Assembly: GCA_963667665.2 (NCBI GenBank)
Contig: OY763927.2
Coordinates: 64,001 to 128,000 of the forward strand
Length of the DNA stretch: 64,000 nucleotides
Reading direction: 5' to 3'
DNA from: Nitrosopumilus sp.
Lineage (GTDB): Archaea; Thermoproteota; Nitrososphaeria; Nitrososphaerales; Nitrosopumilaceae
This document shows positions 47,857 to 57,544 of the stretch, in pieces. The position numbers were made by a program, and so were the translations under genes. Every line of letters starts with the position of its first letter. The stretch's first letter is position 1. The notes beneath the pieces are model-generated. The model was given only the letters and a program-made list of their open reading frames with translations. It ran no database searches and was not told where the DNA came from.

Positions 47857-48465
47857 ATGTCTCAAGAATTAGAAAGAGTCTATACAATTAATCTAGGTAA
47901 AGTTTTACTTTCACAATCACAACATAGAGCTGTTAGAGCAATTAACATGATTAGAGAATTTGCTCGTCATCACATGAAAGTTGAGACAATCAAAATTGAA
48001 GAAGAACTGGCTCATCAAATTTGGGCAAGGGGAGTTCGAAGTCCTCCAAGAAAAGTTAGAGTTAGAATGACTAAAACTGAAGATGGATATATCCTTGTTT
48101 CTCAATATGTTGAAGAAGAATCTAAAGTAACTCCTGAAAAAGAAACTAAGAAAGTTGAAGACAAAGTAGAAACACCAACTACAGAAACTAAGAAAGAAGC
48201 TCCAAAGAAAGAAGCTCCAAAGAAAGAAGCTCCAAAGAAAGAAGCTCCAAAGAAAGAAGCTCCAAAGAAAGAAGCTCCAAAGAAAGAAGCTCCAAAGAAA
48301 GAAGCTCCAAAGAAAGAAGCTCCAAAGAAAGAAGCTCCAAAGAAAGAAGCTCCAAAGAAAGAAGCTCCAAAGAAAGAAGCTCCAAAGAAAGAAGCTCCAA
48401 AGAAAGAAGCTCCAAAGAAAGAAGCTCCAAAGAAAGAAGCTCCAAAGAAAGAAGCTAAAAAATAA
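47857..48465 (+). CDS. rpl31e: 50S ribosomal protein eL31 with long repetitive C-terminal tail
   Basis: ERVYTINL, RAVRAI..IREF, IWARG..PPRKVRVR; tail (EAPKK)17. Confidence 0.92.
   Translation: MSQELERVYTINLGKVLLSQSQHRAVRAINMIREFARHHMKVETIKIEEELAHQIWARGVRSPPRKVRVRMTKTEDGYILVSQYVEEESKVTPEKETKKVEDKVETPTTETKKEAPKKEAPKKEAPKKEAPKKEAPKKEAPKKEAPKKEAPKKEAPKKEAPKKEAPKKEAPKKEAPKKEAPKKEAPKKEAPKKEAPKKEAKK
48196..48450 (+). repeat. 17 perfect tandem copies of GAAGCTCCAAAGAAA (EAPKK)
   Basis: Counted directly; no mismatches between units. Confidence 0.95.
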
Positions 48466-48500
48466 TTACTTTGAAAAAATTATAGTTTTAAAAAATTATT

Positions 48501-49451
48501 TTATTCTAATTGGTATATGTCTAATTTACAATCGATGCTACAATCTGGCGTAGCCCAATCAAGTGTGTCTTCTTGTGGGATCATTCCAAGTGGATCATAA
48601 TTGTCAAATTTTGTCATTCCTTGAATGGAAGATAACATTACTACTTTAGATTCCTCAGAAGATGATGTCATATCTATTTGTGAATTACTTTCACTTAGAA
48701 TTCCACTTGTAAGATTTGAAATTGAATTTAATACTCCTACAGGAATATTACTTCCTCCAACTACATACAACATTGAACGTTTTATTGCATTTGGTGGAGC
48801 GTTTTCATAGAGCATTTTGAGTGAGTCTCTTAGTGAATCTTCAATATTTTGTCCATCTTTGCTTGTTGTGAGTATGTTTGTCTCAGCAGACATTTCAGAT
48901 GAACTAAGCGATTTAACTACGTGCATAATTGCAGAATTTGCAATATCATAACATGCTTTAGGACTCAAATCTGGATTACTCTCAAGTAATGAGTCATTAT
49001 CAAGTACAATTGTACATTCAGAGTTTTCTCTAACTCTTTTTAGGGATATTCCGGAATTGAAAATTCTATCTTTTTCATACTTGAAAGGCATAATTGCAAA
49101 TGAAATCAATCCTTTGTCTGATTCTTTACACATCTCTGATATTACAGGAGCCATAGCTGAGCCTGCTTTTCCAGCCAAGTTGCTCATCATAACTATTGTA
49201 GAGTAACCTTCAATCTTTGATCTTATTTCATCTGCAACCTTGTAAGTTGAACCTCTGATTAATTGAACAGATGGATTGACGACTGAATCTGTTGAAACGT
49301 GAATAGATGGATTCTCTGATGAGAAATCTTTTGCATCATTACTAATTAAAAGACAATCAGAATTAATGGAATCTTTGGCCTCAACTGCTAATTTTGAGCC
49401 TATTCCCCCTAAACCTATGACTAGAACTGGTTCTTTCATTTGTACACTCAT
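48501..49451 (-). CDS. ftsZ: divergent thaumarchaeal FtsZ-like protein
   Basis: VIGLGGIG, MPFKYE, LDNDSL; tubulin signature degenerated to NLAGKAGS. Confidence 0.78.
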   Translation of the reverse strand: MSVQMKEPVLVIGLGGIGSKLAVEAKDSINSDCLLISNDAKDFSSENPSIHVSTDSVVNPSVQLIRGSTYKVADEIRSKIEGYSTIVMMSNLAGKAGSAMAPVISEMCKESDKGLISFAIMPFKYEKDRIFNSGISLKRVRENSECTIVLDNDSLLESNPDLSPKACYDIANSAIMHVVKSLSSSEMSAETNILTTSKDGQNIEDSLRDSLKMLYENAPPNAIKRSMLYVVGGSNIPVGVLNSISNLTSGILSESNSQIDMTSSSEESKVVMLSSIQGMTKFDNYDPLGMIPQEDTLDWATPDCSIDCKLDIYQLE

Positions 49452-49523
49452 TTCAGATCCTACTCTTTAATTAAATAAAAAACCTTCTTACGTTTTTTTA
49501 ATCAAATTTTAGATCTAAAAAAT

Positions 49524-50792
49524 TTAGCTTGCGATCTTTCCTAGAAGACTGTTTACGGTAACATCTGTAATTTCTACTGTATGGTATTGACCAATGTCTA
49601 CTTCATTTCGGACAAAGACAGGCTTGTATGCAAAATTTCTGCCTTTGATTCCCTCGTTTGTTTTTTCATCAAATAGAACTTTACCTGTCCAACCGATCCA
49701 CTTTTTGTTGTTCTTTATCGATGTTTTGTTGATCTGTTCAAAAATTATCTTACTTCTTCGCTTAACTTCTGCAACATCAATCTGTTCCCATTCAGCAGCT
49801 TCTGTACCTGGTCTTGTACTATACTTTGAAAGATTTACCACATCTGGTCTTACTTCATCAAGTAGATTTACTGTCTTTTGAAAATCTTCTTCAGTTTCTG
49901 AAGGAAATCCAACTATGATATCTGTTGAAATGGTAAAGTCTCCAAATCTTTCTTTTACTTTTTTTACAATTTTTCTAAAAGTACCAACAGTGTGACCTCT
50001 TTTCATATCATGAAGTACTTTGTCACTTCCACTTTGTACTGGAATGTGGAGAAATTTGAAGACTTTGTCATTATCAAAAGATTTTACCAATTCTTCTTTG
50101 ATTCTTGGCATGTACATTGGATTCATCATACCAACTCTAATCATAAAATCATCTGGAATTTCTACAACTGCATTTACTAGTGATGGTAAGTCAGTTCCAA
50201 TATCAAATCCATAACATCCATTATCAGTTGATGTTAACCACACTTCTTTACATCCTTCCTTGATTTCTGTTTGGACTTGTCTGACGATATCTCCTAATCT
50301 ATAACTTGAAAGATCTCCTTTGGATAGTTTGGTCTGACAAAACGTACATTCACTCATACATCCACTCGCAATCTCTACAATTCCGACTACTGGATTTAGT
50401 CTGACCTTTGGAAGTCCTACCTTTGATAAATCCGAGTCTTCTAATGCAATCTGTTTTTTTCCATTTAATGTTGAATCAATCACCTGAAGTGTCATTCCTA
50501 GTGAGTTTGGTCCAAGCAGACTAGCATTTTCTGAAAATTTTTCAACAGTACTCTGTTCTGCTTTAGGAAAGCATCCTGCAACAACTAATGGTTTTGATTT
50601 TAATGATTTTATTCTATGAATCATCTTGTTTGCAGTTGCATCTTTGACTGAGCATGTAACTACAATATTTAGATCAGATTTTGAAGAATTATCAACCAAA
50701 GTATGACCTCCATTTAAAATCAGTCCCGAAATCATCTCTGAATCAGCAAAACTTGCTGAACATCCGTAAGCCTCTACGAAAATCTTTGCCAT
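49524..50792 (-). CDS. tRNA t6A37 methylthiotransferase (archaeal MtaB/CDKAL1-like radical SAM)
   Basis: YGCSAS, TCSVK, CMSECTFC, PVQSGSD, TRAM-like C-terminus. Confidence 0.88.
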   Translation of the reverse strand: MAKIFVEAYGCSASFADSEMISGLILNGGHTLVDNSSKSDLNIVVTCSVKDATANKMIHRIKSLKSKPLVVAGCFPKAEQSTVEKFSENASLLGPNSLGMTLQVIDSTLNGKKQIALEDSDLSKVGLPKVRLNPVVGIVEIASGCMSECTFCQTKLSKGDLSSYRLGDIVRQVQTEIKEGCKEVWLTSTDNGCYGFDIGTDLPSLVNAVVEIPDDFMIRVGMMNPMYMPRIKEELVKSFDNDKVFKFLHIPVQSGSDKVLHDMKRGHTVGTFRKIVKKVKERFGDFTISTDIIVGFPSETEEDFQKTVNLLDEVRPDVVNLSKYSTRPGTEAAEWEQIDVAEVKRRSKIIFEQINKTSIKNNKKWIGWTGKVLFDEKTNEGIKGRNFAYKPVFVRNEVDIGQYHTVEITDVTVNSLLGKIAS

Positions 50793-50795
50793 AAT

Positions 50796-52172
50796 CTACC
50801 CAAATAGAGAATCAATTTCTTTGTTACTCATTAGCTTCTTTGAGACAACTAACTCTCTGATAGTTTTTCCAGTTTTTAGTGATTCTTTGAATAGCTCTGC
50901 AGATTTTAGATATCCTATTTTTGGAGTTAGCAATGTAACAATCACTGGGCTATTTTCAATGTCTTTACGTAACTTGTTTTTGTTTGCACTAAGTCCATCA
51001 ATTAGATTTGCAGAAAATATTGGCAAGAAATTTTTGAGCATATCTGTTGATTCTAGCATACACTTTAGCATTCCAGGTAACATGACATTGAGTTCAAACT
51101 GTCCACTTTGTGCTGCATAAGAAACTGCAGTATCATTTCCAATTATGTTAAAACAAATCATATTCATACATTCAGCTAGAGATGGATTCACCTTTCCAGG
51201 CATGATGGATGAACCTGCATGGACTGCAGGAATTTCAAGTTCTGCTAATCCTGCAATTGGACCTGATGCCATTAGTCTAATATCATTTGAAATCTTTCCG
51301 ATTTCTAGTGCCAAGTTTCGTAAAGAACTTGACATGTTAGAAACTGCAAACTTGCTTTGTAAACCATACTGCATATCTTTTTCAGGTTTTAGTAAAAGTT
51401 TCGAAATTTTTCCAAGTTCAGATATTACAATCTTTCTGTAACCTTTTGGTGTGTTTGCACCAGAACCAACGGCTGTTCCTCCAAGAGCAATATTTTGTAA
51501 TTCTTTCTGTGCTGAGACAATTTCATTTCTTGCTTTGGTAATTGATGTAACGTAAGCTGCAAATTCACTACCAAGCGTTATTGGTAAAGCATCCATTAGA
51601 TGTGTTCTTCCTATTTTTTTAAATGAAGAAAATTGTTTTGCTTTTTTAGATAGTGACTTTATCAAAATATCGATAGCTGGGATTGTATCTTTCAGGTTCA
51701 TCAAAATTGCTACATGCATAGCAGTTGGGTATGCATCATTACTTGATTGTGACATATTGACATGATCATTTGGATGTAAGAATTGGTATTGCCCTTTCTT
51801 TTTGTGAAGTATTTGTAGTGCAACATTTGCTATTACCTCATTAGAATTCATGTTAAATGCAGTACCTGCACCAGAATTTATCATATCTACTACAAATTGA
51901 TCAACATATTTTCCAGACAATATTTTGTCACATGCAGAAACTATGGCTCTTCCGCGCTTTGTATCAATGGCTTTTGTCTTCATGTTAGCTATTGCTGCAG
52001 AACGTTTAATCATAACAAATGACTTTATCAGATTTTCATGGCTTTTGTTTCCTGTAACGTGATACTGTTTGATTGCTCGTCCTGTAAATGCCCCATAATA
52101 TACGTCAGCTGGGATTTTGACTTTACCAAGTGAGTCTTCGTCTAATCTAAATTTCATGTTGACTTTATACAA
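50796..52172 (-). CDS. class II fumarate hydratase / aspartate ammonia-lyase family protein
   Basis: HPNDHVNMSQSSND, KIGRTHLMDA, GSSIMPGKVNP. Confidence 0.88.
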   Translation of the reverse strand: MYKVNMKFRLDEDSLGKVKIPADVYYGAFTGRAIKQYHVTGNKSHENLIKSFVMIKRSAAIANMKTKAIDTKRGRAIVSACDKILSGKYVDQFVVDMINSGAGTAFNMNSNEVIANVALQILHKKKGQYQFLHPNDHVNMSQSSNDAYPTAMHVAILMNLKDTIPAIDILIKSLSKKAKQFSSFKKIGRTHLMDALPITLGSEFAAYVTSITKARNEIVSAQKELQNIALGGTAVGSGANTPKGYRKIVISELGKISKLLLKPEKDMQYGLQSKFAVSNMSSSLRNLALEIGKISNDIRLMASGPIAGLAELEIPAVHAGSSIMPGKVNPSLAECMNMICFNIIGNDTAVSYAAQSGQFELNVMLPGMLKCMLESTDMLKNFLPIFSANLIDGLSANKNKLRKDIENSPVIVTLLTPKIGYLKSAELFKESLKTGKTIRELVVSKKLMSNKEIDSLFG

Positions 52173-52269
52173 AATTATCTCCTATTATTCATTTTTTTTA
52201 GATGATTTCATATTCTCATAACATGGGGAATGACAATTATTATATAGGAATCACTATCCACGTTGGATT

Positions 52270-53673
52270 ATGAATAAGCGTGTTAGTATGCTCTTTACAA
52301 TTGCAGCAGTAGCTGTAATGGGAGCAACCTTATTCGGAAGCACATACACACAGACCCAAATTAGCGGACAATCTATCGACATATCTCAAATGGATATGGA
52401 TATGATGGATCAAATTCGTAATATGGGCGGTTTACAGCTAGTAATGCCTCAAGCATTCGCAGAAACTGATTGTGGTGCACTTGCAGATACTGGACGCAAC
52501 GTAGTTGAGTTCAATCTGACTGGTGAAAGTGTTGAACTTCCAATTATGGGGGGAAAAACATACAATGCAATGACCTTTAGTGAACAAGTCCCAGGACCAA
52601 CACTAAGAGTCACACAAGGCGATGTTGTTAAAATGACACTTTCAATTCCATCAGATGAAGTTACTGGTCACGGTAACGACATGCACGCATCACAAATATC
52701 AGCATTGACTTTTGACTCTGTTAATCCTGGAGAAACAAGCCAATACTGTTACATTGCTGAATCCGCAGGTGTTTTCAAATACCACTGTTCTGGTGTCCAC
52801 CTAATTGGAATGGACCAACACGTATTTTCCGGTATGTACGGAATTGCAATTGTTGATCCAGCAAATGGATACAAGAAACTAATGGTAGAGAAGACAAGCG
52901 GTAGCGGTGAATTAGACAGACAGTTCTACGATGCAGATGCATTAGAGTTCACACTGCAATTCAACCAATTGTATTTGAACGACGATGGCAACTATGATGC
53001 AGGAGCAATGTTCCAACATCATAACTCTGCAACAGTCGTTAATGGAATGCAATTTGCTTATGTTCCAAACATGTTACACAACATCCTTCTAAAGGGTGAT
53101 GCAGACAAAAACATCTTTGTAGCACAACCATGGAATGGTCTTGAAAACAAGCAGTACCAATCACAACTATTGTATGTTGAAAATGATCAACACGTGAGAC
53201 TCTTCATTGAGAATCATGGTAACGAGCCAGTATTCTTCCACATTGTTGGAGAAATACTAGATAGAGTTACACAGGGCAATAGAGTTCAATCAGCAGCAAC
53301 TGAAACATGGTTGCTTGGTGGTTCACAGAACATGATTGTAGACTTGGTATTTGATGAACCAGGAGCTTACGCACTACTAAACCATGACTACGCAGCAATT
53401 TACACTGGCGGAATTGGTCTTTTCATTGCAGGTGATCCATTTGGATTGAATCCAAGATTGGTCGATGCAGGTATCCTAGAGGCACCTGTACCATCATATG
53501 CATATGTATTAGGTAATCCAAGCGATGCTGTCCCACCAATGGGAGCAAATAGTATTGCACATCCAGCAGTAAATGTTCACGGTCTATACACTGATAAAGT
53601 GGCTTCTGAAATGATTGATGCTGGTATGATTCCTTTATGGGAAGTAATACCAACATTACCACCAGTACCATAG
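52270..53673 (+). CDS. nirK: copper-containing nitrite reductase (archaeal NirK)
   Basis: PGPTLRV, HGNDMH, YHC...H....M type-1 Cu ligands, FHIVG, NHD type-2 His; signal sequence. Confidence 0.88.
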   Translation: MNKRVSMLFTIAAVAVMGATLFGSTYTQTQISGQSIDISQMDMDMMDQIRNMGGLQLVMPQAFAETDCGALADTGRNVVEFNLTGESVELPIMGGKTYNAMTFSEQVPGPTLRVTQGDVVKMTLSIPSDEVTGHGNDMHASQISALTFDSVNPGETSQYCYIAESAGVFKYHCSGVHLIGMDQHVFSGMYGIAIVDPANGYKKLMVEKTSGSGELDRQFYDADALEFTLQFNQLYLNDDGNYDAGAMFQHHNSATVVNGMQFAYVPNMLHNILLKGDADKNIFVAQPWNGLENKQYQSQLLYVENDQHVRLFIENHGNEPVFFHIVGEILDRVTQGNRVQSAATETWLLGGSQNMIVDLVFDEPGAYALLNHDYAAIYTGGIGLFIAGDPFGLNPRLVDAGILEAPVPSYAYVLGNPSDAVPPMGANSIAHPAVNVHGLYTDKVASEMIDAGMIPLWEVIPTLPPVP

Positions 53674-53754
53674 ATAGGTACTAACTTCAATCTTTTTCTA
53701 TTTTTTAGTTTTCAACTCATAATGATTATATTCAGTGAATAAAGGCAAACATGC

Positions 53755-54687
53755 ATGGGTTTTGATGAGTCTGTTTTAATTTGTGATGAGGTGGATCCAA
53801 TACTAAACAAAATTTTAATTGACAATGGTTTGAAGGTTTCATACGAACCTACAATTACATCTGAACAGATAATAGAAAAGATTTCTAGTTTTAGTATTGT
53901 AATTGTTAGAAGTAGAACAACTATTACCAAAGAGATGATCGAAAAGGCAGAAAATTGTAAGATTATTGCACGTGTTGGTGTTGGACTTGATAATATAGAT
54001 CAAGATGCAGCCAAGGCAAAAAATATTCGTGTCATTAATGCAGTAGAAGGCGCAATGAATGCAGTGGCTGAATTAGTTTTAGGTTTAATGTTATCTTTGG
54101 CAAGACAGACTGCTAGAGGTGATAGAGAAATTAGAAATGGAAAATGGCTCAAAAAAGAATTGAAGGGAACCGAACTTAGAGGAAAATATCTTGGAATTAT
54201 TGGTTTAGGAAATATTGGAAAAAGATTGGGAAGACTTGCACGTGCACTTAACATGAATATTATTGGATATGATGTAATTCCTATTGATGAAGAATTCTCA
54301 AAAGAAGTCGGTTTAATGAAAGCTGACTTGAATACTCTGTTGCAAAGTTCTGATTATATCTCAATACATGTCCCATTGTTGGATTCCACATATCATCTTC
54401 TAGATGCTCAAAAAATGTCTACAATGAAAAAGACTGCAAAAATTATCAATACATCTAGAGGTGGTGTTGTTGATGAAGATGCTCTTTATGATGCCATTAA
54501 AAATAGGGCTTTGGGTGGTGCAGCTTTGGATGTATTTGAAAAAGAACCAGCAATTGGAAACAAATTGGCAGAATTAGATAATGTAATTTTAACACCACAT
54601 ATTGGTGCTCAAACAAAAGAGGCTCAATCTTTAGCTGCAAATGTAATTGCTGAGAAGATTATTCAAATACTTCGAGGCGTAATCTAG
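53755..54687 (+). CDS. D-2-hydroxyacid dehydrogenase (SerA-like)
   Basis: ARVGVGLDN, GLGNIG, INTSRG, LDVFEKEP, TPHIGA. Confidence 0.88.
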   Translation: MGFDESVLICDEVDPILNKILIDNGLKVSYEPTITSEQIIEKISSFSIVIVRSRTTITKEMIEKAENCKIIARVGVGLDNIDQDAAKAKNIRVINAVEGAMNAVAELVLGLMLSLARQTARGDREIRNGKWLKKELKGTELRGKYLGIIGLGNIGKRLGRLARALNMNIIGYDVIPIDEEFSKEVGLMKADLNTLLQSSDYISIHVPLLDSTYHLLDAQKMSTMKKTAKIINTSRGGVVDEDALYDAIKNRALGGAALDVFEKEPAIGNKLAELDNVILTPHIGAQTKEAQSLAANVIAEKIIQILRGVI

Positions 54688-54798
54688 CTTTTTGGTATCA
54701 TTTCTGCCTGAACTTTAAAAATAAGCAACAAAGCTTGACTTGTACGTGATTTATTATCGTCTCATTCTTTTTAACACCCATTTGGAGGATTTCATACT

Positions 54799-55704
54799 GT
54801 GTTAAGTAATCTCGATATGGGTAAACTAGAGTCTGAAAGACTAAAGCATTTTCCTAATGTTAATTCTTTATTAAAAATCTCTCTTGGCTTGATATTGTTT
54901 ACATTACTTTCTTCAGCATTAGTCTATGCAGAAACTGTTTCTGTAGATGTTGAAGGAAATTCATTTGATATTGACTATACCACAACAGGAATGTCTGTAT
55001 CAGGAATTGATGCTGATTTGGACTCTGTTTCATTAATTTTAATTGTTGATGTAACTGGTTCTCCTGGAATTTTAAATATAACATTTGACAGATCTTTCTT
55101 TGATTCTACTTTTGAAGGAGTTGATGAAGATTTTTTTGTTTTAGCAGATGGTGATGAATCAACTTTTACAGAAACTGAGACAACTGCTCAAAGCAGAACT
55201 TTGAGTATCAACTTACCATCAGGAACTGAAGATGTAGAAATTATTGGTTCTATCTTTGGAGACTCTGTACCAGTTGTAGAAACACCTGAAGAGGAAGAAC
55301 CACCAGTTGTAGAAACACCTGAAGAGGAAGAACCACCAGTTGTAGAAACACCTGAAGAGGAAGAACCACCAGTTGTAGAAACACCACCCGTTGATGAAAC
55401 ACCAAAAACTCAATGTGGTCCAGGAACTGTTCTCAAAGATGGTGCTTGTGTTCTAGATGAAAGATGTGGTCCAGGAACTGTTCTCAAAGATGGTACTTGT
55501 GTTCTAGATGAAAGATGTGGTCCAGGAACTGTTCTCAAAGATGGTACTTGTGTTCTTGAATCAACTCCGCAATCATCTTCTGTAACTATTCCAAAAGGAA
55601 TTGGCTCTGAATTAGTTATAGGAACAATTACAGCATTTGGAGTTGCAGCAGCTATCGGAATAATTTTGGCTCTAATATCTAGAGCTGATACGAGAAAAAA
55701 TTAA
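54799..55704 (+). CDS. membrane-anchored surface protein (PEFG-CTERM-like domain, acidic Pro-rich spacer, Cys repeats)
   Basis: Signal peptide; FFVLADGDE..RTLSINLPSGTEDVEIIGS; C-terminal TM helix with basic tail. Confidence 0.7.
   Translation: MLSNLDMGKLESERLKHFPNVNSLLKISLGLILFTLLSSALVYAETVSVDVEGNSFDIDYTTTGMSVSGIDADLDSVSLILIVDVTGSPGILNITFDRSFFDSTFEGVDEDFFVLADGDESTFTETETTAQSRTLSINLPSGTEDVEIIGSIFGDSVPVVETPEEEEPPVVETPEEEEPPVVETPEEEEPPVVETPPVDETPKTQCGPGTVLKDGACVLDERCGPGTVLKDGTCVLDERCGPGTVLKDGTCVLESTPQSSSVTIPKGIGSELVIGTITAFGVAAAIGIILALISRADTRKN
55270..55385 (+). repeat. 3.5 x 33-bp tandem repeat (PVVETPEEEEP)
   Basis: CCAGTTGTAGAAACACCTGAAGAGGAAGAACCA units. Confidence 0.92.
55414..55556 (+). 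repeat. about 2.8 x 51-bp tandem repeat (CGPGTVLKDG[AT]CVLDER)
   Basis: Direct inspection. Confidence 0.92.
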
Positions 55705-56216
55705 TCACAAGACAAATCTTCTGCATTCATCATTTTATCAAATTCAAATCCTGACATCTGAGTTGTAGAAGAATAAGGAATAATTCCTAAAATTGGGGTA
55801 TCTGCAGTTATTAGAATAATAAACTGATTAGGATCAAGTCTGATATTTCCACCATTAAACATAAAATCAAAAGTCATAAAAATATGCTGAGATTCTGAAA
55901 TCTCTTCGGATGAAAAAATTCCTTCTTGAACTACTGAAGAATATGGATTGATTGTTAATGGTTGAACTACAAATGAACCTAGAATATCTGATTGATAAAA
56001 TGTTGATATCTCAAACTTTTGAAAGGTAATCCAAAATGGTATTGCATTGCAAAATTCCATTTCACCTTGATTTAACATTGTAAAAAAAGTAAATTCCCCA
56101 GGATTGTCCCATCTGTATTCTAATTGTTGTACTCCAACTATGCTCAATCCAGAATAAGCAAATGGAATAACTATAACTATTATTGCAATTATTGTTATGA
56201 TTGAATGTTTATTCAT
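55701..56216 (-). CDS. hypothetical membrane-anchored protein
   Basis: 171-aa ORF with N-terminal TM helix; ATGA overlap with upstream gene. Confidence 0.65.
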   Translation of the reverse strand: MNKHSIITIIAIIVIVIPFAYSGLSIVGVQQLEYRWDNPGEFTFFTMLNQGEMEFCNAIPFWITFQKFEISTFYQSDILGSFVVQPLTINPYSSVVQEGIFSSEEISESQHIFMTFDFMFNGGNIRLDPNQFIILITADTPILGIIPYSSTTQMSGFEFDKMMNAEDLSCD

Positions 56217-56911
56217 ATTTCATTTTCCAATACTATGGGTAAAGAAATTATCTTTTTATCAATTAGATAACTAATAACTTGAGCAAAGTCTTTGTCTGAA
56301 ATTATTCCTTGAACCCACCAATATCCTACATTCTTTACCCAATATGGTATGTCAATTTCATGAATATTTTCATCATTAATTTCAAAAGGTATGTCAATTA
56401 ATTTTGTATCTACATATTTCTGAAATGCATCAATTAGATATCCATCTGGCATTTTATCATTAATCCATTCAATCATAAATTGTTTAATTGCTTGTGGAAT
56501 ACAAATATTATCTGAATCAATTAAATTAAATTCTGCAGTAAATTCTGCACCTGAATATTCTACATCTATGAAGTATTTTCCTAGCGGAAATATTTCTGCT
56601 TCAAAAGCAATTAGTGATGGAATTGGATTTTGTAAATTTGCTATTTCAATTGGAATTGCACTACTTCCTTTACCTAATTCATCTCTAATGTGAATAATTG
56701 CAGACTCACCTGTAACTTCTGAAACTTCAATTATGTAAAATAATCTTTCACAGTAACTGTATGTTGTTTTTTCTATTATGATGTTGACTGAGGGTTCAGC
56801 ATATGCAGCTGGTAAAAAAACAAAACTTAATGCCAAAATTATAGGCGAAACTGTATTTCTGGCTCTCATCTTTTTTTTGCTAGTGTTGTTCAATAAAAAT
56901 CTCAAACCCAT
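56213..56911 (-). CDS. secreted hypothetical protein with thaumarchaeal IPxWVKN..WW domain
   Basis: Signal peptide; IPYWVKNVGYWWVQGIISDKDF..ISYLI repeat typical of Nitrosopumilus surface proteins. Confidence 0.7.
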   Translation of the reverse strand: MGLRFLLNNTSKKKMRARNTVSPIILALSFVFLPAAYAEPSVNIIIEKTTYSYCERLFYIIEVSEVTGESAIIHIRDELGKGSSAIPIEIANLQNPIPSLIAFEAEIFPLGKYFIDVEYSGAEFTAEFNLIDSDNICIPQAIKQFMIEWINDKMPDGYLIDAFQKYVDTKLIDIPFEINDENIHEIDIPYWVKNVGYWWVQGIISDKDFAQVISYLIDKKIISLPIVLENEI

Positions 56912-56951
56912 ACTGAGAAATCCTTTTTAACGGCTTTGGAGTACTTTATTT

Positions 56952-57052
56952 ATCGAGTTTTCTTGCGGAAGCAAATTCTTTGGGTGTGTGGGTTGTGAAC
57001 CATCACTCAAAGAGAATTTTAATTGATTAGTGATATCTGGGTTTTACTCGAT
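56952..57052 (+). ncRNA. candidate structured 5' leader RNA of rpl15e
   Basis: ATCGAGT/ACTCGAT closing stem; TTGC-GGAA-GCAA GNRA hairpin; CTTTGGGTG/CACTCAAAG stem with GGTT/AACC apical stem. Confidence 0.5.
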
Positions 57053-57078
57053 TTACAGTTATTAAAGGGGATTTTACT

Positions 57079-57543
57079 ATGCCCGATATGCCTAGTCATC
57101 AAGACAAGATATGGATCAGACTTTGGAAAGAAAATGCTCCTGAACTACGTGAGCGTGTGATTAAATGGCGTAAACAGAATGCCATTACCAGAATCGAGAG
57201 ACCAAGTAGAATACAAAGAGCTAGAAGATTAGGCTACAAGGCAAAACAGGGAATCATTGTTGTCCGTATGAGAGTTGGAACTGGTGGTATGAGAAAACAA
57301 AGACCTACTGGTGGAAGACGACCAAAACATCTTGGTGTTACAAGAATCAAGGCAGATGACGACATGAAGACAGTTGCTGACAGAAGAGTTCTTGAGAGAT
57401 ATCCAAACATGAAACTTTTGGGCTCTTACTTTATTTACAAAGATGGAAAGCACTATTGGTTTGAAGTTATATTGGCAGATCCAGAACATCCAAGAATTGC
57501 TCAAGATAAAGAATTAAACAAACGAGTACCTCAAGCTGCATAA
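57079..57543 (+). CDS. rpl15e: 50S ribosomal protein eL15
   Basis: RARRLGYKAKQG, RYPNM.LLGSY, WFEVILADP.HP. Confidence 0.95.
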   Translation: MPDMPSHQDKIWIRLWKENAPELRERVIKWRKQNAITRIERPSRIQRARRLGYKAKQGIIVVRMRVGTGGMRKQRPTGGRRPKHLGVTRIKADDDMKTVADRRVLERYPNMKLLGSYFIYKDGKHYWFEVILADPEHPRIAQDKELNKRVPQAA

Positions 57544-57544
57544 A

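Noticed and set aside
48188-48445. Minus-strand ORF (ELLSL)n
   Set aside because: Antisense shadow of the 15-bp repeat in rpl31e; no independent evidence
48196-48450. Repeat array as possible CRISPR
   Set aside because: Contiguous 15-mers with no spacers, in frame within a ribosomal protein; no cas genes
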